Under the pieces are notes generated by a model. The model had not been told where the DNA came from, ran no database searches, and was given only the letters and a program-made list of their open reading frames with translations. The translations under genes and the position numbers were made by a program. From NCBI GenBank assembly GCA_042408925.1, contig JBHOQO010000012.1, positions 106 to 64,105 on the forward strand: a stretch of 64,000 nucleotides of DNA. The letters are read 5' to 3'. Each line of letters begins with the position of its first letter. Position 1 is the first letter of the stretch. Shown piece by piece: positions 1 to 10,373 of the stretch. Source of the stretch: Chloroflexota bacterium (GTDB lineage: Bacteria > Chloroflexota > Limnocylindria > Limnocylindrales > CSP1-4).

Positions 1-1
1 C

Positions 2-496
2 GCGGAGCAGGCCGAGGTGGGCGCCGCCGCCACTCCCGAGGACCTCGCCGTCGCCAAGGAGATCCTCGCCGAGCTCATGGCCCGGATGGGTTTCCGGGTC
101 CGGATCGACGTCATCGCCGGCGAGACGAGTCGCCTGAACGTCGTCGGCGAGGGTGGCCGGCAGTCCCTCGGGGCCCTCATCGGGCGCAAGGGCGAGCGAC
201 TCTCGGCGCTCCAGCACCTCCTCAATCTCATGCTGAGCAAGCGGCTGGGGAGCTGGACCCGGGTCCTCGTCGACGTCGAGGACTACCGCGGGCGCCGGGA
301 GCGGCAGCTCCGCGACCTCGCCTGGCGGGCGGCCGCGCGGGTCGTCGAGACCGGCAAGATGCTCCAGCTCGAGCCGATGCCGGCCCTGGAGCGGCGTTGG
401 GTCCACCTCGAGCTTCGCGACCACCCGGCGGTCGCCACCCAGTCGATCGGCGAGGAACCGAATCGGCGGGTCGTCGTCCTGCCGAGGCCGGAGTAG
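2..496 (+). CDS. khpB: Jag/KhpB-like RNA-binding protein, C-terminal KH+R3H part (5' partial; gene begins upstream of window)
   Basis: KH-like segment (EILAELMARMGFRVRIDV..) followed by R3H-like GRKGERLSALQHLL..; open reading frame continues to position 2 with no stop. Confidence 0.65.
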   Translation, partial: AEQAEVGAAATPEDLAVAKEILAELMARMGFRVRIDVIAGETSRLNVVGEGGRQSLGALIGRKGERLSALQHLLNLMLSKRLGSWTRVLVDVEDYRGRRERQLRDLAWRAAARVVETGKMLQLEPMPALERRWVHLELRDHPAVATQSIGEEPNRRVVVLPRPE

Positions 497-671
497 GGGC
501 GATCCGTGCCGAGGGGGGACGTTCGGGGGATGGTCGGATCGGCCGGGGCGAGGCAGGCTCGCGGCGGACCGTCATGGAAATGCCCAGGCCTCGATGGCGC
601 CGCCGTGACCGGTCGGGGCCGCACCGCTCGGTGCGCACGCGACTCGCCGGCCGGGGTGTCCGCGCGCGTTT

Positions 672-2666
672 ATGGACCATCGACCGGGTCCTGCTAGGAT
701 GCCGCCCATGACGAGCGAAGTCCTGCCCGAGGTCATCGCCGAGCGCCCGACCGCCGTCGACCTGCCGGGTCGGAGCCCCTGGCTCCGCTTCGGCCTCGCG
801 TTCCTCATCGGGCTGCTCGTCGTCTTCGGCCTCGCCACCGCGGCCCTCTACGCCTACGAGCAGACGTACGCCGGGCGGATCCTCCCGGGCGTCCGGATCG
901 GGTCGGTCGACCTCTCGGGGCTCGACCCGGAGACGGCCGCCGCGCGTCTCGCCGCGGCCTACGCGCCCCTCGCCGGGGGCGAGATCCGTCTCGTTGCCGA
1001 CGGCGCGGAACGCCTCCTGCCCCTCGATCAGATCGGCCGGGGCCCGGACGTCGAGGCGATGGCCGCCGCAGCGATGGCGGTCGGCCGGAGCGGCTCGCCC
1101 TTCGAGCGGGCGATCATCGAGGTTCGAACCGCGGTCGCCGGGGTCGAGCTGGCCCCGCTCGTCCGCTACGACGCTGCCGCCCTCGAGCATCGCCTCGCGG
1201 CGACCCTGGCGAGCCTCGAGCGCCCTCCGCAGGATGCCGCGGTCCGAGACGGCGAGGCCGGGTTCGTCGTCGAGCCCGGCTACTACGGCTTGGCCGTCGA
1301 CGAGGCGGCGATCCTCGCCCGGGTTCGGGGGGCGCTCGCCGCCCCGTCGCCGATCGGGACGCTGACGATCGCGGTCGAGCGGACCTCGGTCCGCCCGGCG
1401 GTGACGACGATCGACGCCGAGATCGCCAAGACGCGGGCCGAGCGGATGGCCGCCGACCTCCTCGTCACGGCCGGGCCGGACCACTGGACGATCGACGGCT
1501 CGACGGTCCGGCGCTGGCTCCGCTTCGAAGTCACGAGCGACGGCCGCTACCTACCGGTCGTCGACACGGAGCAGGTCGCCCGGTCGCTCGGCGACCTGGC
1601 GAAGAAGGTCGCCCGCAAGCCGCAGGACGCGCGCTTCCTGACCGGCCGAAACGGGCAGGTCGTCGGCGTCGAGGCCGGGGTCGATGGTCGGGAGCTGGAC
1701 GTCGGCCCCACGGTCGAGCGGATCGTCGCGGCTCTGAACCGGCGGGGAGCCGAGGCGGCGGACGGGCCGGTCGAGCTCGCCGTCCGGAGCATCGCGCCGG
1801 CGCTGACGACGGAGGAAGCCGAGAAGGTCGCCCCGCAGATGACGAAGATCTCCCAGTGGACGACCTACTTCGAGATCAGCGAGCGGAACGGCTTCGGGGC
1901 CAACATCTGGATCCCGGCCCGGGACATCGACGGTCAGGTCGTCGGGCCGGGGGAGACCTTCGACTTCTGGAAGGCGCTCGGGCCGATCACGTACGAACGC
2001 GGCTACCGCGACGGCGGGGCGATCATCAACGGCAAGACCGAGCCGACCGGCGCCCTCGCCGGGGGCATCTGCTCGACGTCGACGACGCTCTTCAACGCCG
2101 CCCTCCGGGCCGGGTTCAAGATGGGGGCGCGCCGGAACCACTACTACTACATCTCCCGCTATCCCCTCGGGCTCGACGCCACCGTCTTCCAGAGCGCCTC
2201 GGGCTCGGTCCAGACGATGTCCTGGACGAACGACACCCCGTACCCGGTCCTCATCCGCGGCTACACGGGCCGCAGCGGCGGCCGGGGCTACGTGCGGTTC
2301 GAGCTCTGGAGCGTCCCGAACGGCCGGACGGTCAGCTTCACGAAGCCGATCGTCAAAAACGTCAAGAAGGCGACCGATACGGTCGAGTACACGAGCACGC
2401 TCCCGGCCGGGGTCCGGAAGCGGGTCGAGTACCCGGTCGACGGGATGGACGTCTGGGTCACCCGGACGGTCCGCGACCGCTCCGGCGCGATCATCCATCA
2501 GGAGACGTACTACTCCCACTACACCCGGATCACCGGGGTCGTCCTCGTCGGGACCGGCGGTTCGAAGTCGACGGGTGGCGGGGGCACGCCGGCCCCGAGC
2601 CCGACCCCGGCCCCCAGCCAGGAACCCGCCCCGAGCCCGACCCCGGCCCCCAGCCCCAACCCGTAG
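672..2666 (+). CDS. VanW-family protein with N-terminal TM anchor, peptidoglycan-binding-like repeats and C-terminal Pro-rich tail
   Basis: N-terminal TM helix; VanW core motifs (FDFWKALGP..GYRDGGAIINGKTEPTGALAGGICSTSTTLFNAALRAG); C-terminal PAPSPTPAPS repeats. Confidence 0.75.
   Translation: MDHRPGPARMPPMTSEVLPEVIAERPTAVDLPGRSPWLRFGLAFLIGLLVVFGLATAALYAYEQTYAGRILPGVRIGSVDLSGLDPETAAARLAAAYAPLAGGEIRLVADGAERLLPLDQIGRGPDVEAMAAAAMAVGRSGSPFERAIIEVRTAVAGVELAPLVRYDAAALEHRLAATLASLERPPQDAAVRDGEAGFVVEPGYYGLAVDEAAILARVRGALAAPSPIGTLTIAVERTSVRPAVTTIDAEIAKTRAERMAADLLVTAGPDHWTIDGSTVRRWLRFEVTSDGRYLPVVDTEQVARSLGDLAKKVARKPQDARFLTGRNGQVVGVEAGVDGRELDVGPTVERIVAALNRRGAEAADGPVELAVRSIAPALTTEEAEKVAPQMTKISQWTTYFEISERNGFGANIWIPARDIDGQVVGPGETFDFWKALGPITYERGYRDGGAIINGKTEPTGALAGGICSTSTTLFNAALRAGFKMGARRNHYYYISRYPLGLDATVFQSASGSVQTMSWTNDTPYPVLIRGYTGRSGGRGYVRFELWSVPNGRTVSFTKPIVKNVKKATDTVEYTSTLPAGVRKRVEYPVDGMDVWVTRTVRDRSGAIIHQETYYSHYTRITGVVLVGTGGSKSTGGGGTPAPSPTPAPSQEPAPSPTPAPSPNP
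2584..2664 (+). repeat. tandem 27-bp direct repeat encoding (PAPSPTPAPS)x2 in VanW-like C-terminus
   Basis: ccccgagcccgaccccggcccccagcc repeated twice within 2590-2660. Confidence 0.5.
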
Positions 2667-2687
2667 GCTCGTGACCGGGTCGCCGAG

Positions 2688-4067
2688 CTAGCCGACGGCC
2701 GGCCCCTCGGCCGGTCGGCCGAGCCCGGGCGGCACGAACCGCCAGGCGCTCGCGACGAGGCCGACGGCCGTCGCGACGAGGAGCCAGAGCCCGGCCGCGA
2801 AGTTCCCGAGCCCGTCCCGGAGCACGCCGAGGACGAGCGGGCCGACGGCCGAGAGGACGTAGCCGCCGAGGAGCATGATCGCCGCCAGGCGGCCGACCTC
2901 GTGGGGATCGGCGGCGATGTCGACGGGGAGCGTCATGGCGAGCGGGAAGACGGCCCCGAGCCCCAGGCCGAGGATGGCGACCCACACGACGGCGAGGCCC
3001 GGCACGGTCGTGAGGCCGAGGAGCCCGGTCACCGAGAGGAGACTCGAGGCGACGAGCTGGAACCGCCGTTCGCCCCACCGGTCGGCGAGGATGGGAACGC
3101 CAAGGACGCTGACGAGGGAGACGCCGTTCATGAGCGCGACGAGGAACCCGGCCGCGACCTCGCTCCAACCGCGCTCGATCTGGATGAGCGGGAGCCAGGC
3201 GATGACGGCGTAGAAGAGGACGGACTGGAGGCCGAAGACGAGGGCGAGGGCCCAGCCGCGGCGGTCGCGCCACGGGATCGCCGGCGGGTCGTCGGCCGCC
3301 ATCGGATCGCCGGTCGCGGTCGGGGCCCTGCGACGGGCGCCGCGCCCGGTCGGGCGCTCGAGGCCGATCCAGGCGAGGAGGGAGCCGCCGGCCGCGAGGG
3401 CGAAGATCGCGAGCGTCCGGCGCCAGTCGCCGGTCGGTCCGGAGAGGGGGACGGCCGCGGCGCCGGAGACCGTCGCCCCGACGATGATCCCGGTCGCGTA
3501 CGCCCCCGTCGCGAGGGCCGGCCGGTCCGGGACGCGATCGTGGACGACGATCGGGAGGATGGGGCCGACGAGGCCGATCCCGACGCCCACGGCGAACGTC
3601 GTCGCCATGACGGCGACGGCGTCGGGGGCGATCGCCCGGAGGAGGCCAAAGCCGGCGACGGCGGCGACGGCGAGGGCGACCGCGGTCTCGGCGCCCACCC
3701 GGCGGGCCAGCCACGAGCCGAGCGGGGCGAAGAGCCCCATGCAGAAGACCGGGATCGCCCCGAGGAGGCCGGCCGGTCCGTGGCCGATCCCGAGATCCCG
3801 CTCGATGGCGGGCAGGAGCGGACCGATCCCCACGATGGGTGGTCGGAGGGCGAGGGCGACGAGGAAGAGCGCGGCGATCGTCGGCCCGAGGGCCGCGCCG
3901 CGGCGATGATTCGGGGGCACGGAGGGATCGTACCCGGAACGGGGTTGGGCTGGGACGACCGGCTGGTGGGGCCGCTCGTTCGTCCCTCCCCAAGCGGGCT
4001 CGGGTCCGGCCCCGGCGCGCGACGAGGCGGAGCAGCGCCGGAGCTCGCCGTCCCGGCGGACGTTCAC
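2688..4067 (-). CDS. MFS transporter, CynX/YycB-like; true start probably internal (GTG near 3920)
   Basis: 12-TM MFS pattern; N-terminal region LFLVALALRPPIVGIGPLLPAIERDLGI typical of CynX family; Arg/Pro-rich N-terminal 50 aa looks non-coding. Confidence 0.7.
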   Translation of the reverse strand: MNVRRDGELRRCSASSRAGAGPEPAWGGTNERPHQPVVPAQPRSGYDPSVPPNHRRGAALGPTIAALFLVALALRPPIVGIGPLLPAIERDLGIGHGPAGLLGAIPVFCMGLFAPLGSWLARRVGAETAVALAVAAVAGFGLLRAIAPDAVAVMATTFAVGVGIGLVGPILPIVVHDRVPDRPALATGAYATGIIVGATVSGAAAVPLSGPTGDWRRTLAIFALAAGGSLLAWIGLERPTGRGARRRAPTATGDPMAADDPPAIPWRDRRGWALALVFGLQSVLFYAVIAWLPLIQIERGWSEVAAGFLVALMNGVSLVSVLGVPILADRWGERRFQLVASSLLSVTGLLGLTTVPGLAVVWVAILGLGLGAVFPLAMTLPVDIAADPHEVGRLAAIMLLGGYVLSAVGPLVLGVLRDGLGNFAAGLWLLVATAVGLVASAWRFVPPGLGRPAEGPAVG

Positions 4068-4542
4068 GGGCTTGTTCCGCGGCCCGGATCACGGGGCCGG
4101 ACGGAGAGGTGATCGGCACGGCCGATCTCCTGCCCGGCACACCACCCGCGTTCGAGGGCGATCCAACCGGGACCCGCTTCCTGCTCGTCACCGAGCCGGT
4201 CGCCGGCCGGGCCTGGCAGCTCGTCGCCGACCGATCGGGCGATGTCGTGCTCGCCGACCGCCGCAGCCTAGGCAGGATCGAGGACCTCGACTCGCCGCTC
4301 GCCCGCTGAGGGAGGGTAGTACGCCCGTCGGCGCCCGCGCGTCGCCCGTCATTCCCCGGCTCGGCGCCACGACCCGGGACTGGAGCGGAGCGGTATTCGC
4401 GCCGAACACTTTCAACCATCCGCCCGCCGCCCAGCCACGACGCCGAAGGGCGGGAGCGTCGCCGGCCGGGCGACCGGACGGAGTGGGCGAGGCGCCCCCT
4501 GCCGGGCGCTCGACATCGACGACAGAGGAGGTTCGGCAACCG

Positions 4543-5247
4543 ATGGCGATCGCGACCCACCCAGCAGCCCTCCACCGACGCCGCCCGCCATTCGTCGCTC
4601 CGCGACCCACCGAGCGGTCCCGGCCTGCCCCGCACGCCCTCGTCGTGCACCACGCCGATGTCGTCCGGGCGGGCGTGGCGACCGTCCTCGCGTCGGGCGC
4701 TCACTGTGAGGTGACGAATGCCAGCTCGATCTTCGAGGCCCTGCGGATGGCGCAGATGCGCCATCCGCAGGTCGTCCTCTTCGACTACCCGCCGAACGAG
4801 GGAGCCGAGGCGTGTCGGCTGCTCGCGGGGCTCTGGCCGCGGCCGCGTCTGGTGGCCCTCGCCGGCAAGGCCAGTGACGTTTCGCCGGCAGAGGCGATCC
4901 GCGCCGGAGCGGATGCCGTCGTCGCGCTCGACAGCGTCAGCCGCGAGACGCTCGTCCTGCTCGTCGGCCGGGTCCTTGACGGGATGCGGCCGCTCGTCGC
5001 GGGCTTCGCGCAGGCCCCCCTGGAGGCCGAGCGGTGCGACGACGACCCGAAGGCCGCCCTGACCCCCCGCGAGCGCGAGATGCTGTACCTCATCGGTGAG
5101 GGGCTCTCGAACCGCGAGATCGCCCAGGCCCTCGTCCTGTCGGTCAAGACGGTCGAGACGCACCGGGCGAACCTCGCCCGCAAGCTCGGCATCCGCTCGC
5201 GAGCCGGCCTCATGCGGCTCGCCATCTCGGCCAACCCCGTCAGCTGA
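4543..5247 (+). CDS. LuxR/NarL-family response regulator with atypical receiver (acidic pair replaced by HH)
   Basis: C-terminal LuxR HTH (TPREREMLYLIGEGLSNREIAQALVLSVKTVETHRANLARKLG); receiver-like N-terminus VVHHADVVRAGV...VVLFDY. Confidence 0.65.
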   Translation: MAIATHPAALHRRRPPFVAPRPTERSRPAPHALVVHHADVVRAGVATVLASGAHCEVTNASSIFEALRMAQMRHPQVVLFDYPPNEGAEACRLLAGLWPRPRLVALAGKASDVSPAEAIRAGADAVVALDSVSRETLVLLVGRVLDGMRPLVAGFAQAPLEAERCDDDPKAALTPREREMLYLIGEGLSNREIAQALVLSVKTVETHRANLARKLGIRSRAGLMRLAISANPVS

Positions 5248-5288
5248 CGCGCGCGGGCCGACTGCCTACCCCCGAGCGCTGCCGCGCC

Positions 5289-5603
5289 ATGATCCCGCTC
5301 ACCCGCCCCGACGGCTCCTGTCTCCTCGTCAACCCCGACCGGATCGAGACGGTCGAGGAGACGCCGGACACCGTCATCACCCTCGCCGACGGGAAGAGGC
5401 TCCTCGTCCGGGAGCCGGCGGCGACCGTTGCCCAACGCTTCATCGGCTACAAGCGGGCGGTCCACGCCGGGGCGCGCTACGGCGGCCGGCGGCAGACCGA
5501 CCCGGAGGCCGTCGATGACCCGCTCCGGTACGGCCACCCGAACCGGCCGAACATCCGCTCGCTCGGCGAGACCGAGTCGTCAGCCCGGGAGACCGAGGGA
5601 TGA
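5289..5603 (+). CDS. flbD: flagellar protein FlbD
   Basis: MIPLTRPDGSCLLVNPDRIETVEETPDTVITLADGKRLLVRE matches FlbD family N-terminus; immediately upstream of motA. Confidence 0.8.
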   Translation: MIPLTRPDGSCLLVNPDRIETVEETPDTVITLADGKRLLVREPAATVAQRFIGYKRAVHAGARYGGRRQTDPEAVDDPLRYGHPNRPNIRSLGETESSARETEG

Positions 5604-6409
5604 TTGGCGTTCTCATCGGCGTCGTCGCCGTCATCGCGACGTTTGTCCTCAAGGGTGTCAGCCCGACCATCCTCATCAACCTGCCATCGATCATGATCGT
5701 CCTCGTCGGGACGGCGGGGGCAACGATCGCGTCCTTCGGCCTCGGTGAGTTCAAGAAGGCGCCGACGCTCCTGCGGCTGGCCCTCAGCCGTAGCCACTAC
5801 GACCTCCTCGGGATCCGCGACCAGCTCGTCGCGTTCGCCGAGCGGGCCCGCCGGGATGGCCTGCTGGCCCTCGATTCGGACCTCGACACGGTTCGCGATC
5901 CGTTCCTCCGCCGCGGCCTCCAGATGATCATCGACGGCCTCGAGCCCGAGACGGTCGAGACGGTGCTGGAGCTCGACACCGTCGCCCTCAAGGAGCGGCA
6001 CGCCCACGGGGCGACGATGTTCCAGATGATGGCCGGCTACGCGCCGACGTTCGGCATCCTCGGCGCGGTCATGGGCCTCATCGCCGTCATGGCCCACCTG
6101 TCGGAGCCCGAGAAGCTCGCCATGGGGATCCAGGTCGCCTTCATCGCCACGCTCATCGCCGTCGGGGTGGCGAACATCCTCTTCATGCCGGTCGCCGTGG
6201 CGCTCCGCGGGCGCTCGGCCGAGGAAGTCCGAGCCCGGGAGATGGCGCTCGCCGGCATCCTCGCCATCCAGGCCGGCGACAACCCGCGGATCGTCGCCCA
6301 GAAGCTCGACAGCTTCATCCCGCCGAAGCTCCTCGCCGCCGCCCGCGAGCGGAGGGCTCGCCTGGCCTCCGGCCTGGCCTCGGCGGAGCCGGCCGGGGAG
6401 GCAGCGTAA
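5600..6409 (+). CDS. motA: flagellar motor stator protein MotA
   Basis: 4-TM MotA/TolQ/ExbB topology, conserved GILGAVMGLI and cytoplasmic loop; overlaps flbD stop. Confidence 0.9.
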   Translation: MIGVLIGVVAVIATFVLKGVSPTILINLPSIMIVLVGTAGATIASFGLGEFKKAPTLLRLALSRSHYDLLGIRDQLVAFAERARRDGLLALDSDLDTVRDPFLRRGLQMIIDGLEPETVETVLELDTVALKERHAHGATMFQMMAGYAPTFGILGAVMGLIAVMAHLSEPEKLAMGIQVAFIATLIAVGVANILFMPVAVALRGRSAEEVRAREMALAGILAIQAGDNPRIVAQKLDSFIPPKLLAAARERRARLASGLASAEPAGEAA

Positions 6410-7224
6410 TGACTCGCCGTGGGTCCGCCGGCGACCGTGGCGGCGTTCACGCCGACGAGCGCTGGCTCGTCACGTACGCCGACATGCTCACGCTCCTCCT
6501 CGCGCTCTTCGTCACCCTCTACGCGCTGTCGGACACGGACATGCGGAAGTTCGCCGCCCTCGCCAAGAGTCTCGCCGCGGCCTTCAGCACCGACATCTTC
6601 AGCGGGCAGCGCGCGTTCACGATCACGAGCGGCCAGGAGTCGGTTCCCGACGTCGCCCAGTTCGACGCCGGGAACGGCCTGGTCTCCGACTACCGAACGA
6701 TCCAAGCCGCCGTCACCGACTACGTCGTCGAGCGCGGCCTCAACGGACAGGTCACGGTCGAGCCGGTCGCCGAGGGGATCGCGATCCGAATCTCGAGCTC
6801 GCTGCTCTTCCGTCGTGGCCGGGCGACGCTCGCTCCCGAGACGGTCGATGTCGTCGACCGCGTCGCTCAGGTCGTGCTCCCCCTGCCGAACGCGATCCGG
6901 ATCGAGGGCCACACCGACAACGTCCCGCCGGACGGCACCCTCTTCCGCGACAACTGGCAGCTCTCGACCGCGCGAGCCCTCGCGGTGCTCGACCGTTTCG
7001 TGGCCGACGGCATCGCCCCCCAGCGACTGTCCGCCGCCGGCTACGGCGAGTACCGCCCGATCAGCCCGAACGTCGACGAGGCGAGCCGGTCGAAGAACCG
7101 CCGGGTCGACATCCTCGTGCTCTATCCCGACGACCGGCGACCCGTGCCGGTCCCGTCGCCAGCCAAATCGTTCGACCCGATCGGCCTGCCGATCGAGCCA
7201 GAACTGCCAGGAGGACGACCGTGA
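6409..7224 (+). CDS. motB: flagellar motor protein MotB (OmpA-like)
   Basis: N-terminal TM with conserved Asp (TYADMLTLLLALF), C-terminal OmpA-like peptidoglycan-binding domain (NWQLSTARA..NRRVDI). Confidence 0.9.
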   Translation: MTRRGSAGDRGGVHADERWLVTYADMLTLLLALFVTLYALSDTDMRKFAALAKSLAAAFSTDIFSGQRAFTITSGQESVPDVAQFDAGNGLVSDYRTIQAAVTDYVVERGLNGQVTVEPVAEGIAIRISSSLLFRRGRATLAPETVDVVDRVAQVVLPLPNAIRIEGHTDNVPPDGTLFRDNWQLSTARALAVLDRFVADGIAPQRLSAAGYGEYRPISPNVDEASRSKNRRVDILVLYPDDRRPVPVPSPAKSFDPIGLPIEPELPGGRP

Positions 7225-7718
7225 AGCTGCCCCGCGGAAAACGCGCCATGGTCCTCCTCGGCCTGCCGATCGGTCTCGCCGCTGCGGCCGGGCTCGCCTT
7301 CACCCAGCTCGCCGTTGTGGGCGGAACCGAGCCGCGCGCGGTCCCTGATCCAGGTCCAGGTCAGCACGGCGCCATGCTGCCCCTCGAGAGTCGGATCATC
7401 AACCTGCCGGCCGGCGGACCCTTCCGATACGTGAAGATCGGGCTGACGATCGAGCTTCGCCCTGAGTCGGCCGGGTTCTACGACCTGACCGGTGAGGCGC
7501 GAGCGGCAGCCGAAGAGGAGATCGTCGCTGCCGCCTCGCGCTTCTTGCCGCTCCTCTACGACGCCGTCGGGTCGGTGGTCGCCGGGTCGAGCGGACCCGC
7601 CCTAGCGACGAGCGCCGGCCGGGCGGCCCTCAAGGCCGATCTCCTCGCGGCCGCCAGGCAGATCCTCGGCGAGCACGAGGTGCTCGCGGTCTACCTCACC
7701 GATCTCGTCATGCAGTAG
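7221..7718 (+). CDS. fliL: flagellar basal body-associated protein FliL
   Basis: single TM then FliL signature (INLPAGGPFRYVKIGLTIEL); GTGA overlap with motB. Confidence 0.8.
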   Translation: MKLPRGKRAMVLLGLPIGLAAAAGLAFTQLAVVGGTEPRAVPDPGPGQHGAMLPLESRIINLPAGGPFRYVKIGLTIELRPESAGFYDLTGEARAAAEEEIVAAASRFLPLLYDAVGSVVAGSSGPALATSAGRAALKADLLAAARQILGEHEVLAVYLTDLVMQ

Positions 7719-7728
7719 GGGTTCGACG

Positions 7729-8742
7729 ATGCTGTCGCAGGCAGAGATCGACACCCTCCTCGGGGCCATCGGCTCGGATGGGCCGACGCGCGACGTCGGG
7801 TCGCCCGCCTCGCCCGAGGTCTCGGCGCCCATCGGCGGCGGCGGCCGTGGTCGGCAGCGGACGGTTCGGCCATACGACTTCCGGCGGCCGGACAAGTTCT
7901 CCAAGGACCAACTGCGGACGCTCCAGGCCGTCCACGAGGACGTCGCCCGCCTCGTTGGTGGTCGACTCTCGGCGCGCCTTCGGTCCACCGTGGCCGTCAG
8001 TCTCGGGGCGACGGCTCAGATGGTCTTCGACGAGTTCGTCGCCGGCCTCACCCTGCCGACCCAGCTCGTCGTCGTCGAGGCCTCCGGCCTCGACGGACCG
8101 TTCCTCATCGACCTCGACCTCGACCTGGCGCTCGCCGCCATCGACCGCCTCCTCGGCGGGTCCGGGGCCCCGCCGCTCTCCCGCCGAGAGCCGACGTCCA
8201 TCGAGGACGCCCTCATCGACCGCCTCATCGAGGACATCGTGCCCGCCATCGGGGAGGGCTGGTCCCACCTCGCTGCCCTCGGCGTCCGCGTCGGCGAGAA
8301 GGCGCTGCGACCCGACCTCCTCCGGGTCGCCGCGCCCTCGGCCGTTACGGCTGTCCTGACGTTGCAGGTCCGTCTTGCGGGCCGGGGCGCGCCGCTTTCG
8401 ATCTGCTATCCCCACGACTCGCTCGCCCCGGTCCTCCCTCGCCTCTCGCCGACGGCCTGGTACGGCCAGTCGGGCCGGGGCAACGGAGCGCTCCGGGACG
8501 CCCTCACCGATACCCTCGGGTCGGTCGAGATCCCCGTCGCCGCCGTTCTCGGGGGAACCGCGCTGTCGGTCGAGCAGCTCGCCGACCTCGCCCCCGGCGA
8601 CGTCATTCGCCTCGACCAGCCGGCCGACGCGCCGATCGCCGTCTCGGTCATGGACCAGGCTCGCGCCTGGGGTCTTCCGGGCCGGGTCCGCGACCGGCTG
8701 GCCGTTCGGCTCGTCTCGCCCCTCGCTCCGCTGGAGGCCTGA
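7729..8742 (+). CDS. fliM: flagellar motor switch protein FliM
   Basis: N-terminal CheY-P-binding-like LSQAEIDTLL motif, FliM middle domain, C-terminal SpoA-like segment. Confidence 0.9.
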   Translation: MLSQAEIDTLLGAIGSDGPTRDVGSPASPEVSAPIGGGGRGRQRTVRPYDFRRPDKFSKDQLRTLQAVHEDVARLVGGRLSARLRSTVAVSLGATAQMVFDEFVAGLTLPTQLVVVEASGLDGPFLIDLDLDLALAAIDRLLGGSGAPPLSRREPTSIEDALIDRLIEDIVPAIGEGWSHLAALGVRVGEKALRPDLLRVAAPSAVTAVLTLQVRLAGRGAPLSICYPHDSLAPVLPRLSPTAWYGQSGRGNGALRDALTDTLGSVEIPVAAVLGGTALSVEQLADLAPGDVIRLDQPADAPIAVSVMDQARAWGLPGRVRDRLAVRLVSPLAPLEA

Positions 8743-8745
8743 ACC

Positions 8746-9741
8746 ATGACCTGGGAGTCGTTCCACTGGCGTTCCCTCGACGAACGGTCGCTCCCAGCCG
8801 CGGCACCGCTCGCCGAGGCGGCATCCCTCGTTCGCGACGCGATCCAAGGGGCGCTGGCGGCGCTGGCCGCTGGACCGGTGACCCTCACCGGTGTCGAGGT
8901 CGCAGAGCTCCGCCGGACGGAGCTCCCCGACCTGGCGCTTCCCCTCGCCAGCGTCGAGGTCGTCGGCGCCCCTCGCCGGCAGATCCTCGTCGCCGGCGAT
9001 CCCGCGGCCGAGATTGTCCTGGGCCATCAACCGGCCGGTCCGGCGGAGCTCGGCGGGCGAGTCCTCCGGGCCGTCGACGAGGCGATCGCCGCATTCGCCG
9101 GTGAGGGCCTGGGGCTCGGGGCGGCTGACGCGGCGACGATACCGCCGGACGCCGAGCTCGTCGCGGTGCGGATCGCGGTCGCCGGCGAAGGCGGCCTCGC
9201 CGGCCGACTCGTGTTCATCGGGGAGGCCGCCGCGGTCGGCGAGCTCGCCGCCCACGTCGCCGCCCTCCGCGCCCTGGGCGCGGCGTCTGAGGAGTCGGAG
9301 GCCAAACCCGGCGACGGATCGACCCCGTCCGGCAACGCAGCAGGACGCACGAGCGCCGAGGCGGCAGCGGCCGAGCCCGTTGATGCGCGCAAATCCGCGC
9401 CGACGATCCGGCCGGCGGTCTTCCCCGATCTTGGCCTCTCCGGCTCCGGGACACCCACCGCCACCGAGCCCGGTCGATCGATCGATCTCTTGCTCGGCGT
9501 CCAGCTCCAGGTGAGCGTCGAGATCGGCCGGACAAAGCTCCCGATCAGAGAGGTCCTCAACCTGGGACCCGGATCGATCGTCGAGCTCGACAAGCTCGCC
9601 GGCGAGAAGGCCGACATCCTCGTCAACGGCCACCCCGTCGCCCAGGGCGAGGTCGTCGTCGTGGACGAGAACTTCGGCGTCCGGATCACCGACGTCGTGT
9701 CGCGCCAGCGCCGGATCCTGTCAGCGGACGGCGCGCCATGA
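8746..9741 (+). CDS. fliN: flagellar motor switch protein FliN/FliY (long form)
   Basis: C-terminal SpoA/FliN domain ([57 protein letters not shown]). Confidence 0.85.
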   Translation: MTWESFHWRSLDERSLPAAAPLAEAASLVRDAIQGALAALAAGPVTLTGVEVAELRRTELPDLALPLASVEVVGAPRRQILVAGDPAAEIVLGHQPAGPAELGGRVLRAVDEAIAAFAGEGLGLGAADAATIPPDAELVAVRIAVAGEGGLAGRLVFIGEAAAVGELAAHVAALRALGAASEESEAKPGDGSTPSGNAAGRTSAEAAAAEPVDARKSAPTIRPAVFPDLGLSGSGTPTATEPGRSIDLLLGVQLQVSVEIGRTKLPIREVLNLGPGSIVELDKLAGEKADILVNGHPVAQGEVVVVDENFGVRITDVVSRQRRILSADGAP

Positions 9742-10373
9742 GCGTCGACCTCTCGGTCCTCGGTCGGCTCGTTGCGCCGGCCGACCCATCGTCGAGCGGC
9801 CGGGATCTGAGGCCGGAGCGGCCGCGACGGATGGCCCATCGGGTCGGGCGCGGCCCGACCAGATCGACCATCCTTGCCCGGGGGTTCCTCCCGAGCGGGC
9901 GGGCCGCTCGCCTTGGCTGGCTCGCCGTCGGCGCGTCCGCCGTCTTCGGCCTCGCGATCGTCCTCGGCCGCTTCGACGGGCTCGGTGGAGCCGTCGAGCC
10001 GGCTCCGCTGGCGCAGCCCGGCCCGTCGGCCGAGGCCGCTGGTTGGCCGCCGCCGGCGAGCTCGGCGGTCACCATCGACCCACTCGACCTGGCGACGAAG
10101 TTCGCGCTCGTCGGGCTCCTCCTCTATGGCGGGCTCCGCCTCCTTCGCCGCTACGTAGCGCCCACGGCCGACCGCAACGGCCCGATCGTCGTTCTCGCCT
10201 CGCGGCCGCTCGGTGCCAAGGCCGCCCTCCATCTCGTCGCGGTCGGCGACCGGCGACTCCTCGTCGGCGAGTCGCCGAGCGGGCTCGTTGGCCTGACCGA
10301 GCTCGTGGCCGACGAGCTCGAGTCGGATCAGGTGCGCACCATCGAGTCGCAACGTCGGGAGGTCGGTCGGTGA
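9738..10373 (+). CDS. fliO: flagellar biosynthesis protein FliO
   Basis: small membrane protein with FliO-like segment ([33 protein letters not shown]); position between fliN and fliP. Confidence 0.6.
   Translation: MSVDLSVLGRLVAPADPSSSGRDLRPERPRRMAHRVGRGPTRSTILARGFLPSGRAARLGWLAVGASAVFGLAIVLGRFDGLGGAVEPAPLAQPGPSAEAAGWPPPASSAVTIDPLDLATKFALVGLLLYGGLRLLRRYVAPTADRNGPIVVLASRPLGAKAALHLVAVGDRRLLVGESPSGLVGLTELVADELESDQVRTIESQRREVGR

Noticed and set aside
228-5163. Long reverse-strand ORFs (228-1484, 2530-5163, 1551-2519) overlapping the VanW-like, MFS and regulator genes
   Set aside because: Arg/Pro/Gly/Asp-rich and low-complexity, with no family signal, opposite well-supported genes. These are typical GC-rich alternative-frame artefacts.
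7708-9633. A 641-aa minus-strand ORF opposite fliM/fliN, and similar ORFs at 39815-41800 and 47622-49559
   Set aside because: These are antisense to strongly conserved flagellar and oxidase genes. Composition is biased and there are no domains.
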